This document shows, in pieces, positions 1 to 9,588 of a stretch of 64,000 bases of DNA. Within the stretch, counting starts at the first letter, position 1. Every line of letters begins with the position of its first letter. The stretch lies in contig JAWSUI010000015.1 in NCBI GenBank assembly GCA_033551855.1, positions 13,337 through 77,336 of the forward strand, in the 5' to 3' direction. The notes beneath the pieces are model-generated. The model ran no database searches. It was not told where the DNA came from and saw only the letters and a program-made list of their open reading frames with translations. Source of the stretch: Deferrisomatales bacterium. GTDB lineage: Bacteria; Desulfobacterota; Deferrisomatia; Deferrisomatales; JACRMM01. Position numbers and translations under genes: made by a program.

Positions 1-334
1 TGGGCTTGTAGACGGCGACGTCGTTGTTCTGGTTCCCCATGCTGAAGACGTCGTTGTGGAAGATCACGTCCCCTGGGTGCAGGTCGTCGCCGAAGTACTC
101 CAGGATGTACTTGCACACCGGCGCCAGGCTGAAGGCCAGGATGGGCAGATTCTCGGTCTGCTCGAGCATGTTGCCCCGGGCGTCGTAGAGCCCGGTGACG
201 AAGTCCTTCGCCTCGCACAGGATCGGGGACCGGGTGGTCCGCGTCATCGCGATGCTCATCTCCTCCGTGATGCTCTTCAGTCGGCGCTGGAGGATGGAGA
301 CCAGGACCTTGTCGATGGGGATCTCACGGCTCAT
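1..334 (-). CDS. Hydantoinase B/oxoprolinase family subunit (5' part; runs off the window)
   Basis: Manual translation from ATG at 334: MSREIPIDKVLVSILQRRLKSITEEMSIAMTRTTRSPILCEAKDFVTGLYD...LHPGDVIFHND. Start overlaps the hydantoinase A stop (ATGA). Confidence 0.9.
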   Translation of the reverse strand, partial: MSREIPIDKVLVSILQRRLKSITEEMSIAMTRTTRSPILCEAKDFVTGLYDARGNMLEQTENLPILAFSLAPVCKYILEYFGDDLHPGDVIFHNDVFSMGNQNNDVAVYKP

Positions 335-2436
335 GGCAGGACCCTCCGCAGGATCTCCTCCTCCTGCTCCCTCAGATACAGTGTGTACGTCCCGAAGCGG
401 TCCACGACGACGTCGAACTCCGGCGTGACGAAGGTGGTGGTGTTCACCTGCTCGATGATCACCGGCCCCTCGAGGCGGTTCCCGTGGCGCAGCCCCATGC
501 CGTCGAAGACGTCGACGTTGGTGAAGCGCTTCTCCCGGGGCAGGTACGCCCGGCGCTTCCCCTTGAAGGCCGGCGAAGGGTCGGCGCCGGCCCGGGGCTC
601 CGGGACCAGGCTCGGCTTTTCGGTGCGCCCCACGGCGGACAGCCGCAGGTTGATCAGCTCCACGGGGGTACCCTTGTCCTCCAGGGAGTACCCGTAGAGG
701 GCGTCGTGCTGGGGGTGGAACCTTCGGGCGACGGCGTGGGGATCGCAGGCCTCGGCCTCCTCCCAGGGAAGCTCGACCCCCACCTCGTGGTACTGCCGCA
801 CGTAGCGCAGGTCGGCCGTCACCTGGAACGTGACCCGCTCCTCGGGAATCCCCTCGCTCTCCAGGAGCTCCAGGCCCTCCCGGCGCATCTCCTGCAGCAG
901 GGACCGGAAGTGGCCCCGGTCCAGGGCGTCCAGCCGGGTCGGGTAGGTGCGCACGAAGTCGTGCTTGAGGTCGGATCGCAGCATCCCGGCAGCGCAGAAG
1001 ATCGAGGACTCCCGCGGGATGAGCACGACCGGGATCCCGAGCTCCAGGGCGATCTGGCAGGCGTGATTGGGGCCGGCGCCGCCGGCCGTGACCAGGGGGA
1101 AGTCGCGGGGGTCGTACCCGTTCTTGACGGCGATCTCCCGCACCGCGGCAGCCATGGAGACGTTGATCACCTCGTACATCCCGGCGGCCGCCCGGGCCAG
1201 GTCCATCCCCAGGGGCTCGGCCACGTGGACCCGGATGGCCTCCTCGGCAGCCTGCCGGTCCAGTCGGATGCGCCCCCCCGCGAAGAAATCGGGGTCCAGG
1301 TACCCCAGCACCAGGTCGGCGTCGGAGCAGGTGGGGAGCTTGCCGCCCCGACCGTAGCACGCGGGCCCCGGGTCCGCCCCGGCGCTCTGGGGGCCCATCC
1401 GCAGGAGGCCGCCCTCGTCGATCCACCCGATGGAGCCGCCCCCGGCGCCGATGGTCACCACGTTGAGCATGGGCAGGCTGATGCGGAGCCGGTCGATGTC
1501 CCCTTCGGTGGTCGTGAGGGGCCTCCCGTCCTTGACCAGGGCCACGTCGAAGCTGGTGCCCCCCATGTCGCAGGTGATGCAGTCCCGGTGCCCCTGGCCC
1601 GAGGAGAAGGCGAGGCCCGCCACCGGCCCCCCCGCCGGGCCGGAGAGGAGCGTCATGGCAGGCTTGGAGATGGCGGCCTCCGGGGAGATGACCCCCCCGT
1701 TGGAGGCCATGATCAGGAGCACGCCCCGGTACCGCAGCCCTTCGAGACGACGGATGAGGCTGCGCAGGTAGCGCTCGAGCACGGGCCCCACGTAGGCGTT
1801 GAGCGCGGCGGTGGAGACCCGGTCGTAGAAGCGGATGGCCGGAACGACCTCGGTGGAGACCGAGACGAAGGCGCCGGGCAGCGCCTCGCGGACGAGCTCG
1901 GCCGCCCGGGCCTCGTGGGCCGGGTTGGCGAAGGAGTTCATGAAGCAGATGGCGACCGCCTCGACCCCCTCCCGGCGGAAGGTCTCGACGGCGGCGGCCA
2001 CGGACTCCTCGTCCAGGGGCGTGAGCACCTCGCCCCGATAGTCGAGCCTCTCGTCCACGGGGAGGCGGAGGCGGCGCTCCACCACGGGCCGCACGTTCTC
2101 GTACCGGTTGTTGTACTGCTCCTCCCGGATGCCCCGGCGCATCTCCAGCGCGTCCCGAACGCCCCGGGTGGTGAGGAGCCCGGTCCGGGCGCCGCGGTGG
2201 GTCAGGGTGGCGTTGGTGGTGACCGTGGTGCCGTGGACGATGGTGGTCACCTTCTCCAGGAACGGCTCGGTCTCGAGGCCCCGGTCCCGCGCCATCTCCT
2301 CGATCCCCTGGATCGTCGCGATGGCGGGGTCCGCCGGCGTCGAGAGGACCTTGTAGATGTGGCTCGTCCCGTCCTCCTCGGTGAGGAGGAAGTCGGTGAA
2401 GGTCCCCCCCACGTCGATGCCGATCTTGTAGGACAT
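331..2436 (-). CDS. Hydantoinase A/oxoprolinase family, ATP-dependent subunit
   Basis: IGIDVGGTFTD, HGTTVTTN, DMGGTSFD, IGAGGGSI, GPQSAGADPGPACY. Start reassigned to MSYKIG (GGAG RBS upstream). Confidence 0.93.
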   Translation of the reverse strand: MSYKIGIDVGGTFTDFLLTEEDGTSHIYKVLSTPADPAIATIQGIEEMARDRGLETEPFLEKVTTIVHGTTVTTNATLTHRGARTGLLTTRGVRDALEMRRGIREEQYNNRYENVRPVVERRLRLPVDERLDYRGEVLTPLDEESVAAAVETFRREGVEAVAICFMNSFANPAHEARAAELVREALPGAFVSVSTEVVPAIRFYDRVSTAALNAYVGPVLERYLRSLIRRLEGLRYRGVLLIMASNGGVISPEAAISKPAMTLLSGPAGGPVAGLAFSSGQGHRDCITCDMGGTSFDVALVKDGRPLTTTEGDIDRLRISLPMLNVVTIGAGGGSIGWIDEGGLLRMGPQSAGADPGPACYGRGGKLPTCSDADLVLGYLDPDFFAGGRIRLDRQAAEEAIRVHVAEPLGMDLARAAAGMYEVINVSMAAAVREIAVKNGYDPRDFPLVTAGGAGPNHACQIALELGIPVVLIPRESSIFCAAGMLRSDLKHDFVRTYPTRLDALDRGHFRSLLQEMRREGLELLESEGIPEERVTFQVTADLRYVRQYHEVGVELPWEEAEACDPHAVARRFHPQHDALYGYSLEDKGTPVELINLRLSAVGRTEKPSLVPEPRAGADPSPAFKGKRRAYLPREKRFTNVDVFDGMGLRHGNRLEGPVIIEQVNTTTFVTPEFDVVVDRFGTYTLYLREQEEEILRRVLP

Positions 2437-2530
2437 GGCGACTCCTGGCCTTGCTATTGGTCCCATCGGTCCCATGGGTCCCAGGCCACCCACAGGGCCC
2501 ACGGGACGCATGTGACCCATGAAGAACCCG

Positions 2531-4159
2531 CTAAAAAATCTTCGGTTCCTCGAACTCCCCGAACGCCTCCCGGAAAACGTCCGCCATCTCGCCCACGGTG
2601 GCGTAGGCGCGGCAGCATGCCACCAGGGGCGGCATCACATTCGCCCCCTCCCGGGCGCCCTTCGCCAGGGCCTTCAGGGAGTCGGCCGCCTCCCGCCCGT
2701 TGCGGGACCGGCGCAGCTCCTTCAGGTCCGCGAGCTTCTCCTCCGCCCAGGAATCGTCGTACTCGTGCAGTTCCACCTCGTGCTCCCCCTCGGTGACGTA
2801 CTTGTTCACCCCCACCTTCACCAGCTCCCCGCGCTCCAGGGCCGCCTGGAACTCGAAGGCCTGCCGCGCCACCTTGCGCTGCACGTAGCCGTCCTTCACG
2901 CAGGCGAGCATCCCTCCCCGGCGGTCCACGTCCTCCATCTCCTCCCGGATCTTCTCCTCCATCTGCTTGGTCAGGGTCTCCACGAAGTAGGAGCCGGCCA
3001 GCGGGTCCACCGTGTCCCGCATCCCCACCTCCTCCATCAGGATCTGGCAGGTGCGCAGGGAGAGGAGCGCCGACCGGGGCGTGGGGATGGTGTAGGCCTC
3101 GTCGAAGGAGCACAGGGCCGTGGTCTGGGCCCCGGACAACGCCGCCGCCAGGGCGTAGTACGCCCCCCGGATGATGTTGTTCTCCGGCTCGGCCTTCGTC
3201 AGACCGGACCCGCCGCCGGCGAAGAGGCCCCGGAGCCAGAGGTTCCGCGGGTCCTTGACCCCGTACCGGTCCCTGAGGTTCTGGGCCCACACCTTCCGGC
3301 CGGCGCGGAACTTGGCCACCTGCTCCCACAGGTTCCCGAAGATGTTGAGGTTGAAGCTGAAGCGCCCCACGAACTGGTCCGGGTGGTAGCCTCGGCGCAC
3401 CACCTCGTCGATGTAGGCGTTGGCGATGCCGAAGGCGTAGGCCATCTCCTGGGCCGGGGTGGCCCCCGACTCCCGGATGTGGTACCCGCAGATGCTCACC
3501 GGGTTCGTGCGGGGCATGGCCTCGATGGAGTATTCGATGGTGTCCCCGATCAGCCGCACCGCCGGGTCCAGGGCGTAGATCCAGGCGCCCCGGCCGATGA
3601 CCTCCTTGAGGATGTCGTTCTGGGGGGTCGCGGAGATTCGGGTCCGGTCGAACCCCAACTTCTCGCCCACGGCCTGGTACATGGCCAACATGATCGAGGC
3701 CACGGCGTTGATCGTGAGCCCGGCGCCGACCTTGTCGAGGTCGATGCCGGCGAAAGCGACCTCGAAGTCCCGCAGGCTGTCGACCGCCATGCCGACGCGA
3801 CCCACCTCGCCCTCGGCCATGGGGTGGTCGGAGTCCAGACCCATCTGGGTCGGCAGGTCGAACGCCACGTTGAGGCCCGTCTGGCCGTGGGCGATCATGA
3901 GCCGGAAGCGCTCGTTGGTCTCCCGGGGGGTCCCGAACCCCGTGTACTGCCGGGTCGTCCACTCCCGCGACCGGTACCCTTCGGCGAAGAGGTTCCGGGT
4001 GAAGGGGTACTCCCCCGGCTCCCCCAGGTCGGTCCCGTAGTCGAACCCGACCGCGGCCAGGTCCTCCGGCCCGTACTTGGCCTTGACCGGGATGCCGGAG
4101 GCCAGAATCACCTCCCGGATGCGGTCCTTTTCGTCTTTCACATATCGCGCGACGTCCAT
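2531..4159 (-). CDS. B12-dependent acyl-CoA mutase, large (substrate-binding) subunit; divergent MCM family
   Basis: PGEYPFTR, RQYTGFG, AFDLPTQMGLDSD, QNDILKE, GYHIRE, DPLAGSY. No B12-binding domain. Confidence 0.93.
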   Translation of the reverse strand: MDVARYVKDEKDRIREVILASGIPVKAKYGPEDLAAVGFDYGTDLGEPGEYPFTRNLFAEGYRSREWTTRQYTGFGTPRETNERFRLMIAHGQTGLNVAFDLPTQMGLDSDHPMAEGEVGRVGMAVDSLRDFEVAFAGIDLDKVGAGLTINAVASIMLAMYQAVGEKLGFDRTRISATPQNDILKEVIGRGAWIYALDPAVRLIGDTIEYSIEAMPRTNPVSICGYHIRESGATPAQEMAYAFGIANAYIDEVVRRGYHPDQFVGRFSFNLNIFGNLWEQVAKFRAGRKVWAQNLRDRYGVKDPRNLWLRGLFAGGGSGLTKAEPENNIIRGAYYALAAALSGAQTTALCSFDEAYTIPTPRSALLSLRTCQILMEEVGMRDTVDPLAGSYFVETLTKQMEEKIREEMEDVDRRGGMLACVKDGYVQRKVARQAFEFQAALERGELVKVGVNKYVTEGEHEVELHEYDDSWAEEKLADLKELRRSRNGREAADSLKALAKGAREGANVMPPLVACCRAYATVGEMADVFREAFGEFEEPKIF

Positions 4160-4244
4160 GAACACCTCGTTGACAGGGGATCGTTGGGACGAACACGACC
4201 GATGGGCCCCATGGGACCGCTACGTCCCGTCGGTCCTGTGGGTC

Positions 4245-4655
4245 CTATTCTCGCGGCGCCCCTCGCCCCACGTTCTCCCGGATGAACCGGATCGTCTCCT
4301 CCAGGGGCGTGCCGCCGGGGAAGATCCCCTTCACCCCCAGCTCACGCAGGGCATCGAAATCCCGGCTGGGGATCACCCCGCCCACGCACACCAGCTTGTC
4401 CGCCGCCCCCTTGTCCCGCAGGAGCCCCATGAGCTTGCGGCAGATGGGGAGGTGACCCCCGGTCATCACCGAGAGGCCCACCACGTCCACGTCCTCCTGG
4501 ACCGCCGCCTGGACGATGGACTCGACGCTCTGGTGAAGGCCGGTGTAGACGACCTCCATGCCGGCCTCCTTGAGCGCGTGGGCTACCACCTTTGCCCCCC
4601 GGTCGTGTCCGTCCAGGCCGGGCTTCGCCACCAGAACCTTGATCTTACGGCTCAA
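4245..4655 (-). CDS. Acyl-CoA mutase small subunit (cobalamin-binding)
   Basis: KPGLDGHDRG DxHxxG motif, GGVIP. TTG start with GGAGG RBS. Confidence 0.93.
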   Translation of the reverse strand: MSRKIKVLVAKPGLDGHDRGAKVVAHALKEAGMEVVYTGLHQSVESIVQAAVQEDVDVVGLSVMTGGHLPICRKLMGLLRDKGAADKLVCVGGVIPSRDFDALRELGVKGIFPGGTPLEETIRFIRENVGRGAPRE

Positions 4656-4768
4656 CTTGGCCTCCGTCTTCGTCCCCCGATTCCGGTCTCGGTCACGGCT
4701 CCGATACCGATAGCGATCCCGATGCCGATGTCCTCACCGAACACCCGTCACGCGTCGATCGTCGCCCG

Positions 4769-5062
4769 TCACCCGTGGCGGTACTGGACGCCGCAGCCTC
4801 CCCGCGGGTACCTCCAGGAGAGGGCATCCTCCCGGCAGGCGACGAGGCAGGTGCCGCACTCCAGGCACCCGGCGTACTCCACCACCATCTGCTGGGCCTC
4901 GTCGTTCCACTCGTACAGCGCAGCCGGGCACACCCGGATGCAGTACCGGTCGGAGCACCGGTCCCGGCAGATCTCGGCGTCCACCGCGATGTGGCTCTCG
5001 GCGTCGTGCTTGATGGCGTTCTTCGTGAGCTTCGCCGCGACGTCCACGTCCTCGCTCCTCAT
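4769..5062 (-). CDS. fixX: FixX-type ferredoxin
   Basis: CIRVCPAALY, CLECGTCLVAC, WRYPRGGCGVQY. Directly downstream of fixC. Confidence 0.88.
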   Translation of the reverse strand: MRSEDVDVAAKLTKNAIKHDAESHIAVDAEICRDRCSDRYCIRVCPAALYEWNDEAQQMVVEYAGCLECGTCLVACREDALSWRYPRGGCGVQYRHG

Positions 5063-5112
5063 CGTTGCGCCCCTCGGACGGGTCGGACGCGTCCGACCCG
5101 TCCGAGGGGCGC

Positions 5113-6399
5113 TCAGATCTTCCGCCAGGGCGCCAGGGCCTTCAGATCCCCCCAGTTCAGCACGTTCCTCCGCAGAAAACCCCACAACTTCGACGAGACC
5201 TTGCCTGGCCGCCCCTTCTCCAGCCGGACCAGGTCGCCCAGGAGCCCGCAGACCTCCCGGGGATACCGGTCGAAGAGGGCTGGGTTCTCCAGCAGCCGCG
5301 GCATCCCCCTATAGGCCTCCAGGTACTTCCAGACGAAGCTCTCCCGAAGCCGCCGGGGGTACCCCGCCAAGCCCGCCTCCGACCAGTCACCCCTCTCCCG
5401 GGCCTCGATGACCGCCTCGGCGGCCATCCGGCCGCTGGCGATGGCGAACTCCATCCCGCGTACGGTGTAGCCCATGTTGAGGGCCAGCCCGGCGGCGTCA
5501 CCGGCGAGGAGGAGCCCGTCCGCCGCCAGGGGCGGGACCGCATCGAGTCCCCCTTCGGGGATCAGGTGGGCGGAGTACTCCAGCAGCTCCCCCCCGCGCA
5601 CCAGGCTCCTCACCCGGGGGTGCGCCTTGAACGCCTCATAGAGCTCCGGGACCTTCATCGAAGCCCCCTTCTCCATGAGGTCCCCCACCCCGACGACGAG
5701 CCCGAGGGAGAGGGAGTCGCGGTTGGTGTAGCAGAACCCCCCGCCCAGGAGCCCCCGGGTGACCGTGCCGACGAAGAGCTCGGCGCAGCCCTCGCCGGCC
5801 TCCAGCTGGAACCGGTCCTCGATGACCCCTGACGGGAGCCCCACCACTTCCTTCACCCCGATCGCCACGGTCCGCGGGGCGGGGCGGTCCCGCAACCCCC
5901 CGGCCTTCCCCACGAAGGAGAGGAGTCCGTCGCAGGCGATCACCGCGTGGGCGGGGATGTCTTCGCCGTCCACCCGCACGCCGGCCACCGCGCCGCCCTC
6001 CCGGAGGAGCTCGGTCACCGGCTTCTGGGGGATGACGTAGGCGCCCTTTGCCCCGACCCGCTCGGCGAGCCAGCCGTCGAGGCGGGCCCGCAGGACCGTG
6101 TAGCTGCGGGGGCGCTCCCCCCCGAGCCCCTCGTCCTGGAAGTCCAGGCGGAGGCTCCGGCCCTCGTCCAGGAGCGTCCACGCCTCGTGGGTGACCGGCC
6201 GTTCCAGGGGGGCCTCCTCCCACCACTCCGGGAACAGGTCCCGCACGCTGTCGACGTAGAGACGGCCGCCCGTCACGTTCTTGGAACCCGGGGCGTCCCC
6301 CCGCTCCAGGACCACGACCTGGAGGCCGGCGTCCGCCAGGGTCTCTGCGGCGGCGAGGCCCGCGAGACCCGCGCCGACGACGACGGCGTCCATCTTCAC
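5113..6399 (-). CDS. fixC: FixC-like ETF:quinone oxidoreductase (FAD)
   Basis: VVGAGLAG, ERG..PGSKNVTGGRLY, EYSAHLIPEGG, GDAAG, RGMEFAIASG. Confidence 0.9.
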   Translation of the reverse strand: MKMDAVVVGAGLAGLAAAETLADAGLQVVVLERGDAPGSKNVTGGRLYVDSVRDLFPEWWEEAPLERPVTHEAWTLLDEGRSLRLDFQDEGLGGERPRSYTVLRARLDGWLAERVGAKGAYVIPQKPVTELLREGGAVAGVRVDGEDIPAHAVIACDGLLSFVGKAGGLRDRPAPRTVAIGVKEVVGLPSGVIEDRFQLEAGEGCAELFVGTVTRGLLGGGFCYTNRDSLSLGLVVGVGDLMEKGASMKVPELYEAFKAHPRVRSLVRGGELLEYSAHLIPEGGLDAVPPLAADGLLLAGDAAGLALNMGYTVRGMEFAIASGRMAAEAVIEARERGDWSEAGLAGYPRRLRESFVWKYLEAYRGMPRLLENPALFDRYPREVCGLLGDLVRLEKGRPGKVSSKLWGFLRRNVLNWGDLKALAPWRKI

Positions 6400-6429
6400 G
6401 GCCGCGCCTCCCCCGAGGGCCGTGACGCG

Positions 6430-7395
6430 TTACCCTTCACCCGTCACCTTCTTCACCGCAGCCGTGAGCGCGGGCAGCACCTCGAGCGCGTCCCCCACCA
6501 CCGCATAGTCGGCGTACTGGAAGATCGGGGCCTTCGGGTCGGTGTTGATCGCCACGACCACCTTCGCGGTGTCCATGCCCATGGTGTGGTGCACCGCCCC
6601 CGACACGCCGGCGACGATGTAGAGGGCGGGGGAGACGGTCTTCCCGGACTTCCCCACCTGGATCGCGTGGTCGGCCCACCCGGCGTCCACGATCGCGCGG
6701 CTCACCCCCACGGCCCCCCCGAGGGCGTCCGCCAGGTCTTCGAGGAGGCGCAGATTCTCCGGCGCGCGCATCCCGCGGCCCCCGGCCACCACGCGCTGGG
6801 CCTCCACGAGGGCCACCCTTCGCGACTCCCGCGGTCGCTCCTCGAGCACCTCCACCCGGCTCGGGCCTGGGAACGCCGAGACCGCTTCCACCGCGGTCCC
6901 GGGCACCGGCGCCGCCCCCCGGTCGAAGCTGTTCGGGCGGAAGGCCGCCAGGCATGTCCGGCCTCCGCACCGATAGGTGGCATAGGCCTTTCCTCCGAAG
7001 ACGGGCCGGGTCAGGAGCAGCCCGGCGCCCTCCCGCTGCAGGTCCAGGGCGTTGGTGAAGGCCGCGGCACCCAGTCGTGCCGCGAGGCGGGGCACCAGGT
7101 CCCGGGCCCGCGCCCCCTCGCCGAAGAGGACGATCTCGGGCCCCGCGGCCGCCAGCAGCCCGCCCAGGACCTCGGTCCAGGCGTCGGAGCAGTAGGGGTC
7201 GAGGCCTGCCCCCGCGACCTTCAGCACCCGGTGCGCGGCACCGTCCAGGGCCTGGGCCGCCTCGCCGTCCGCCCCGAGGACGACCGCCACGACCTCTCCC
7301 TCGGGCCCCGCGAGCCTCCTTCCCTGGGACAGGAGCTCCCAGGTGGATGCCCGGTACCCGCCCCCCTGCCCTTCGCAGACCACCCAGATCGCCAT
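6430..7395 (-). CDS. fixB: Electron transfer flavoprotein alpha subunit (FixB/EtfA)
   Basis: TRPVFGGK, AGGRGM, QVGKSGKTVSP, GVSGAVHH, INTDPKAPIF. Confidence 0.93.
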   Translation of the reverse strand: MAIWVVCEGQGGGYRASTWELLSQGRRLAGPEGEVVAVVLGADGEAAQALDGAAHRVLKVAGAGLDPYCSDAWTEVLGGLLAAAGPEIVLFGEGARARDLVPRLAARLGAAAFTNALDLQREGAGLLLTRPVFGGKAYATYRCGGRTCLAAFRPNSFDRGAAPVPGTAVEAVSAFPGPSRVEVLEERPRESRRVALVEAQRVVAGGRGMRAPENLRLLEDLADALGGAVGVSRAIVDAGWADHAIQVGKSGKTVSPALYIVAGVSGAVHHTMGMDTAKVVVAINTDPKAPIFQYADYAVVGDALEVLPALTAAVKKVTGEG

Positions 7396-7450
7396 GGGAA
7401 CCTCCCGCCCGTGACGTGTGACGCCCCCGGGAACCCCTACCGGCCCCCGG

Positions 7451-8215
7451 TCACAACACCCTCGCCTCTTCCCGGAGCAGCCGCACCAACTCGGCCGCGG
7501 CCGCAGCCGGCTCGCCCTCGACCCGTTTCGCCGGCGGGCGCTGGGTCGGTCCCCGGTAGCTCTCGATCCCCAGGGGGGGCGCCGCCTCGACGCCGAGCTC
7601 GGCCAGGGCAGCCTTGGGCACCTGGGCCTTCATGGCCTTCATCAGCCCCATCACCTGGGGCACCCGGGGCTCGCAGAGCCCCTTCTCCGCGGTCAGCACC
7701 GCGGGGAGGGCCACCCGCAGGGTCTCGCTCCCCCGGTCGGTCTCCCGCGACACCTGCACCGCACCGTCCCGGACTTCCATGGACGTGACCCCCACGACGC
7801 ACGCAACCCCCAGGATCTCTGCCGTCATCGGGCCCACCAGGCCGGCCTCGTCGTCGGTGGCCTGGCGCCCCGCCAGGACCAGATCGAAGCCCTCCCGCCG
7901 GCACACGGCCGCCAGGGCCCGGGCTACGGTGAGGGGATCGGCGTCCGAGAGGGCCGGGTCGTCCACCAGGAACCCGGCGTCGGCCCCCATGGCCAGGGCC
8001 CGCCGGACCGCCTCGGCGCCGGTGCCGGCGCCGGCGGAGACGGCGTAGACCGTCCCCCCCGCCGCCTGCTTCGCCCGCAGCGCGGCCTCCACGGCGATCT
8101 CGTCGAAGAAATTGATGCAGCGCTTCTTCTCGACGTCCACGGATTTCCCGCCCTCGGCCACCTTGACCAGGGCCTCCAGATCCGGGACCTCCTTGACGAG
8201 GACGGCGATCTTCAT
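7451..8215 (-). CDS. fixA: Electron transfer flavoprotein beta subunit (FixA/EtfB)
   Basis: VKEVPD, INFFDEIAVEAAL, ALAMGAD, GRQATDD. Confidence 0.93.
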   Translation of the reverse strand: MKIAVLVKEVPDLEALVKVAEGGKSVDVEKKRCINFFDEIAVEAALRAKQAAGGTVYAVSAGAGTGAEAVRRALAMGADAGFLVDDPALSDADPLTVARALAAVCRREGFDLVLAGRQATDDEAGLVGPMTAEILGVACVVGVTSMEVRDGAVQVSRETDRGSETLRVALPAVLTAEKGLCEPRVPQVMGLMKAMKAQVPKAALAELGVEAAPPLGIESYRGPTQRPPAKRVEGEPAAAAAELVRLLREEARVL

Positions 8216-8299
8216 GGCATGGCTCCTGAAAGGACGAAAGGGACCGAAAGGACGAACAGGACAAGGAGTCGCTGTGGTCCCTTTCGTCTTGTACGTCCC

Positions 8300-9448
8300 T
8301 TACCGCTCCCGCACGATCTCGCGGCCCACGAAATCCTTGATGATCTCGTGGGTACCGCCCCCGTACAGGAGGAAGCGGGCGTCCCGGAAGTACCGCTGGG
8401 GCCCGTACTCCGAGGCGAACCCGTTCGCGCCGTAAATGCGGGTGACCTCGTCCACCACCTTCAGGCACGTCTCCGTGGCGAACATCTTCGCCATGGCGGC
8501 CTCCCGCCGGGGGTTCATCCCCTCGCCGATCATCCAGGCCACCCAGTAGACCATCAGGCGGGAGGCCTCCATCTCGGTGGCCATCTCCGCCAGCTTCGCC
8601 CGGATGAGCTGGTACTCGCCGATCGCCTTCCCAAACGCCCGCCGCTTCCGGGCGTACTCCAGGCCGTCGGCGAACGCCGTGCGGGCCATGCCGAGGGCCA
8701 TGGCCCCCGTCATGCAGCGAACCTCGTTGAGGATCTCTCCCAGGTAGACCACCCCCTTGCCCTGCTCCTCCCCCAGCAGGTGCTCGTCGGGCACGAAGAC
8801 GTCGTCCAGCACCAGCTCGCCGCAGGCCGGGCCCCGGGCCCCCAGCTTGTGGAGGAGCTGCCCGGGCTGGAACCCCGAAGTTCCCTTCTCCACCAGGAAG
8901 AAGTTCAGGGCCTTCATCCCCTGGGAGGGATCCGTCGTCGCCAGCACCGTCGCGAAGTCCGCTGTGGGGCCGTTGGTGATCCAGTTCTTCGTGCCGGTGA
9001 GCCGCCACCCCCCGTCGACCTTCGCAGCCAGGGTGCGGGTGGCCGCGAGGTCCGAGCCGGACTGGTCCTCCGTGAAGCACATGGTGGCGATCTTCTCCCC
9101 GCGCAGGGCCGGCAGGAGACACCGCTCCCGGATTCCAGGGCTCCCGAACCGGTACAGGAAGTGGGTGCCCATCAGCATGTTCATGATCACGGCTTGGGCG
9201 AACCCCACGGAACCCCGGGAGAGCTCCTCGTAGAAGAGCATGCAGGTCACCGGGTCGGCGTTCATCCCCCCGAGCTCCTCCGGGTAGCGCAACCCCAGGT
9301 ACCCGAGCTCGGCAAACTCGCGCCACAGGGAGGCGGGAATCTCGTCCGCCTCGTCGATGTGCTCCACGTGGGGAAGGACCAGCCGGTCCACCGTGTCGGC
9401 CACAGCCCTCCGGAAGAACTCCTGCTCCTCGGTCAGTCGAAAATCCAT
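8300..9448 (-). CDS. Acyl-CoA dehydrogenase
   Basis: FTEDQSGSD, GTKNWITNG, RRAFGKAI, RYFRDARFLLYGGGTHEI. The C-terminal YEGT Glu is Gly, so the catalytic base probably lies in helix G (LNEVR). Confidence 0.93.
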   Translation of the reverse strand: MDFRLTEEQEFFRRAVADTVDRLVLPHVEHIDEADEIPASLWREFAELGYLGLRYPEELGGMNADPVTCMLFYEELSRGSVGFAQAVIMNMLMGTHFLYRFGSPGIRERCLLPALRGEKIATMCFTEDQSGSDLAATRTLAAKVDGGWRLTGTKNWITNGPTADFATVLATTDPSQGMKALNFFLVEKGTSGFQPGQLLHKLGARGPACGELVLDDVFVPDEHLLGEEQGKGVVYLGEILNEVRCMTGAMALGMARTAFADGLEYARKRRAFGKAIGEYQLIRAKLAEMATEMEASRLMVYWVAWMIGEGMNPRREAAMAKMFATETCLKVVDEVTRIYGANGFASEYGPQRYFRDARFLLYGGGTHEIIKDFVGREIVRER

Positions 9449-9588
9449 GTGTCTCGTCCGCTGTCAGTTGTTTATTGTCCGTGGCCGGTTGTCAGTGGTC
9501 CGTTGTCCGTTGTGGGAAAGACCCGGCAGCGACCCGGCGCGGTCCGAGCGGCCTCCCCGGGCGACGGGCAGCGGACAATGGACACACT

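Noticed and set aside
2459..2521. Collagen-like (GPMGPM) N-terminal extension of hydantoinase A
   Set aside because: It is the translation of an intergenic 9-bp repeat; the RBS and homology start at 2436.
2531..4655. Ordinary methylmalonyl-, isobutyryl- or 2-hydroxyisobutyryl-CoA mutase
   Set aside because: Tyr/Arg argue against ICM and HCM; the altered HxQT and HTN motifs argue against standard MCM.
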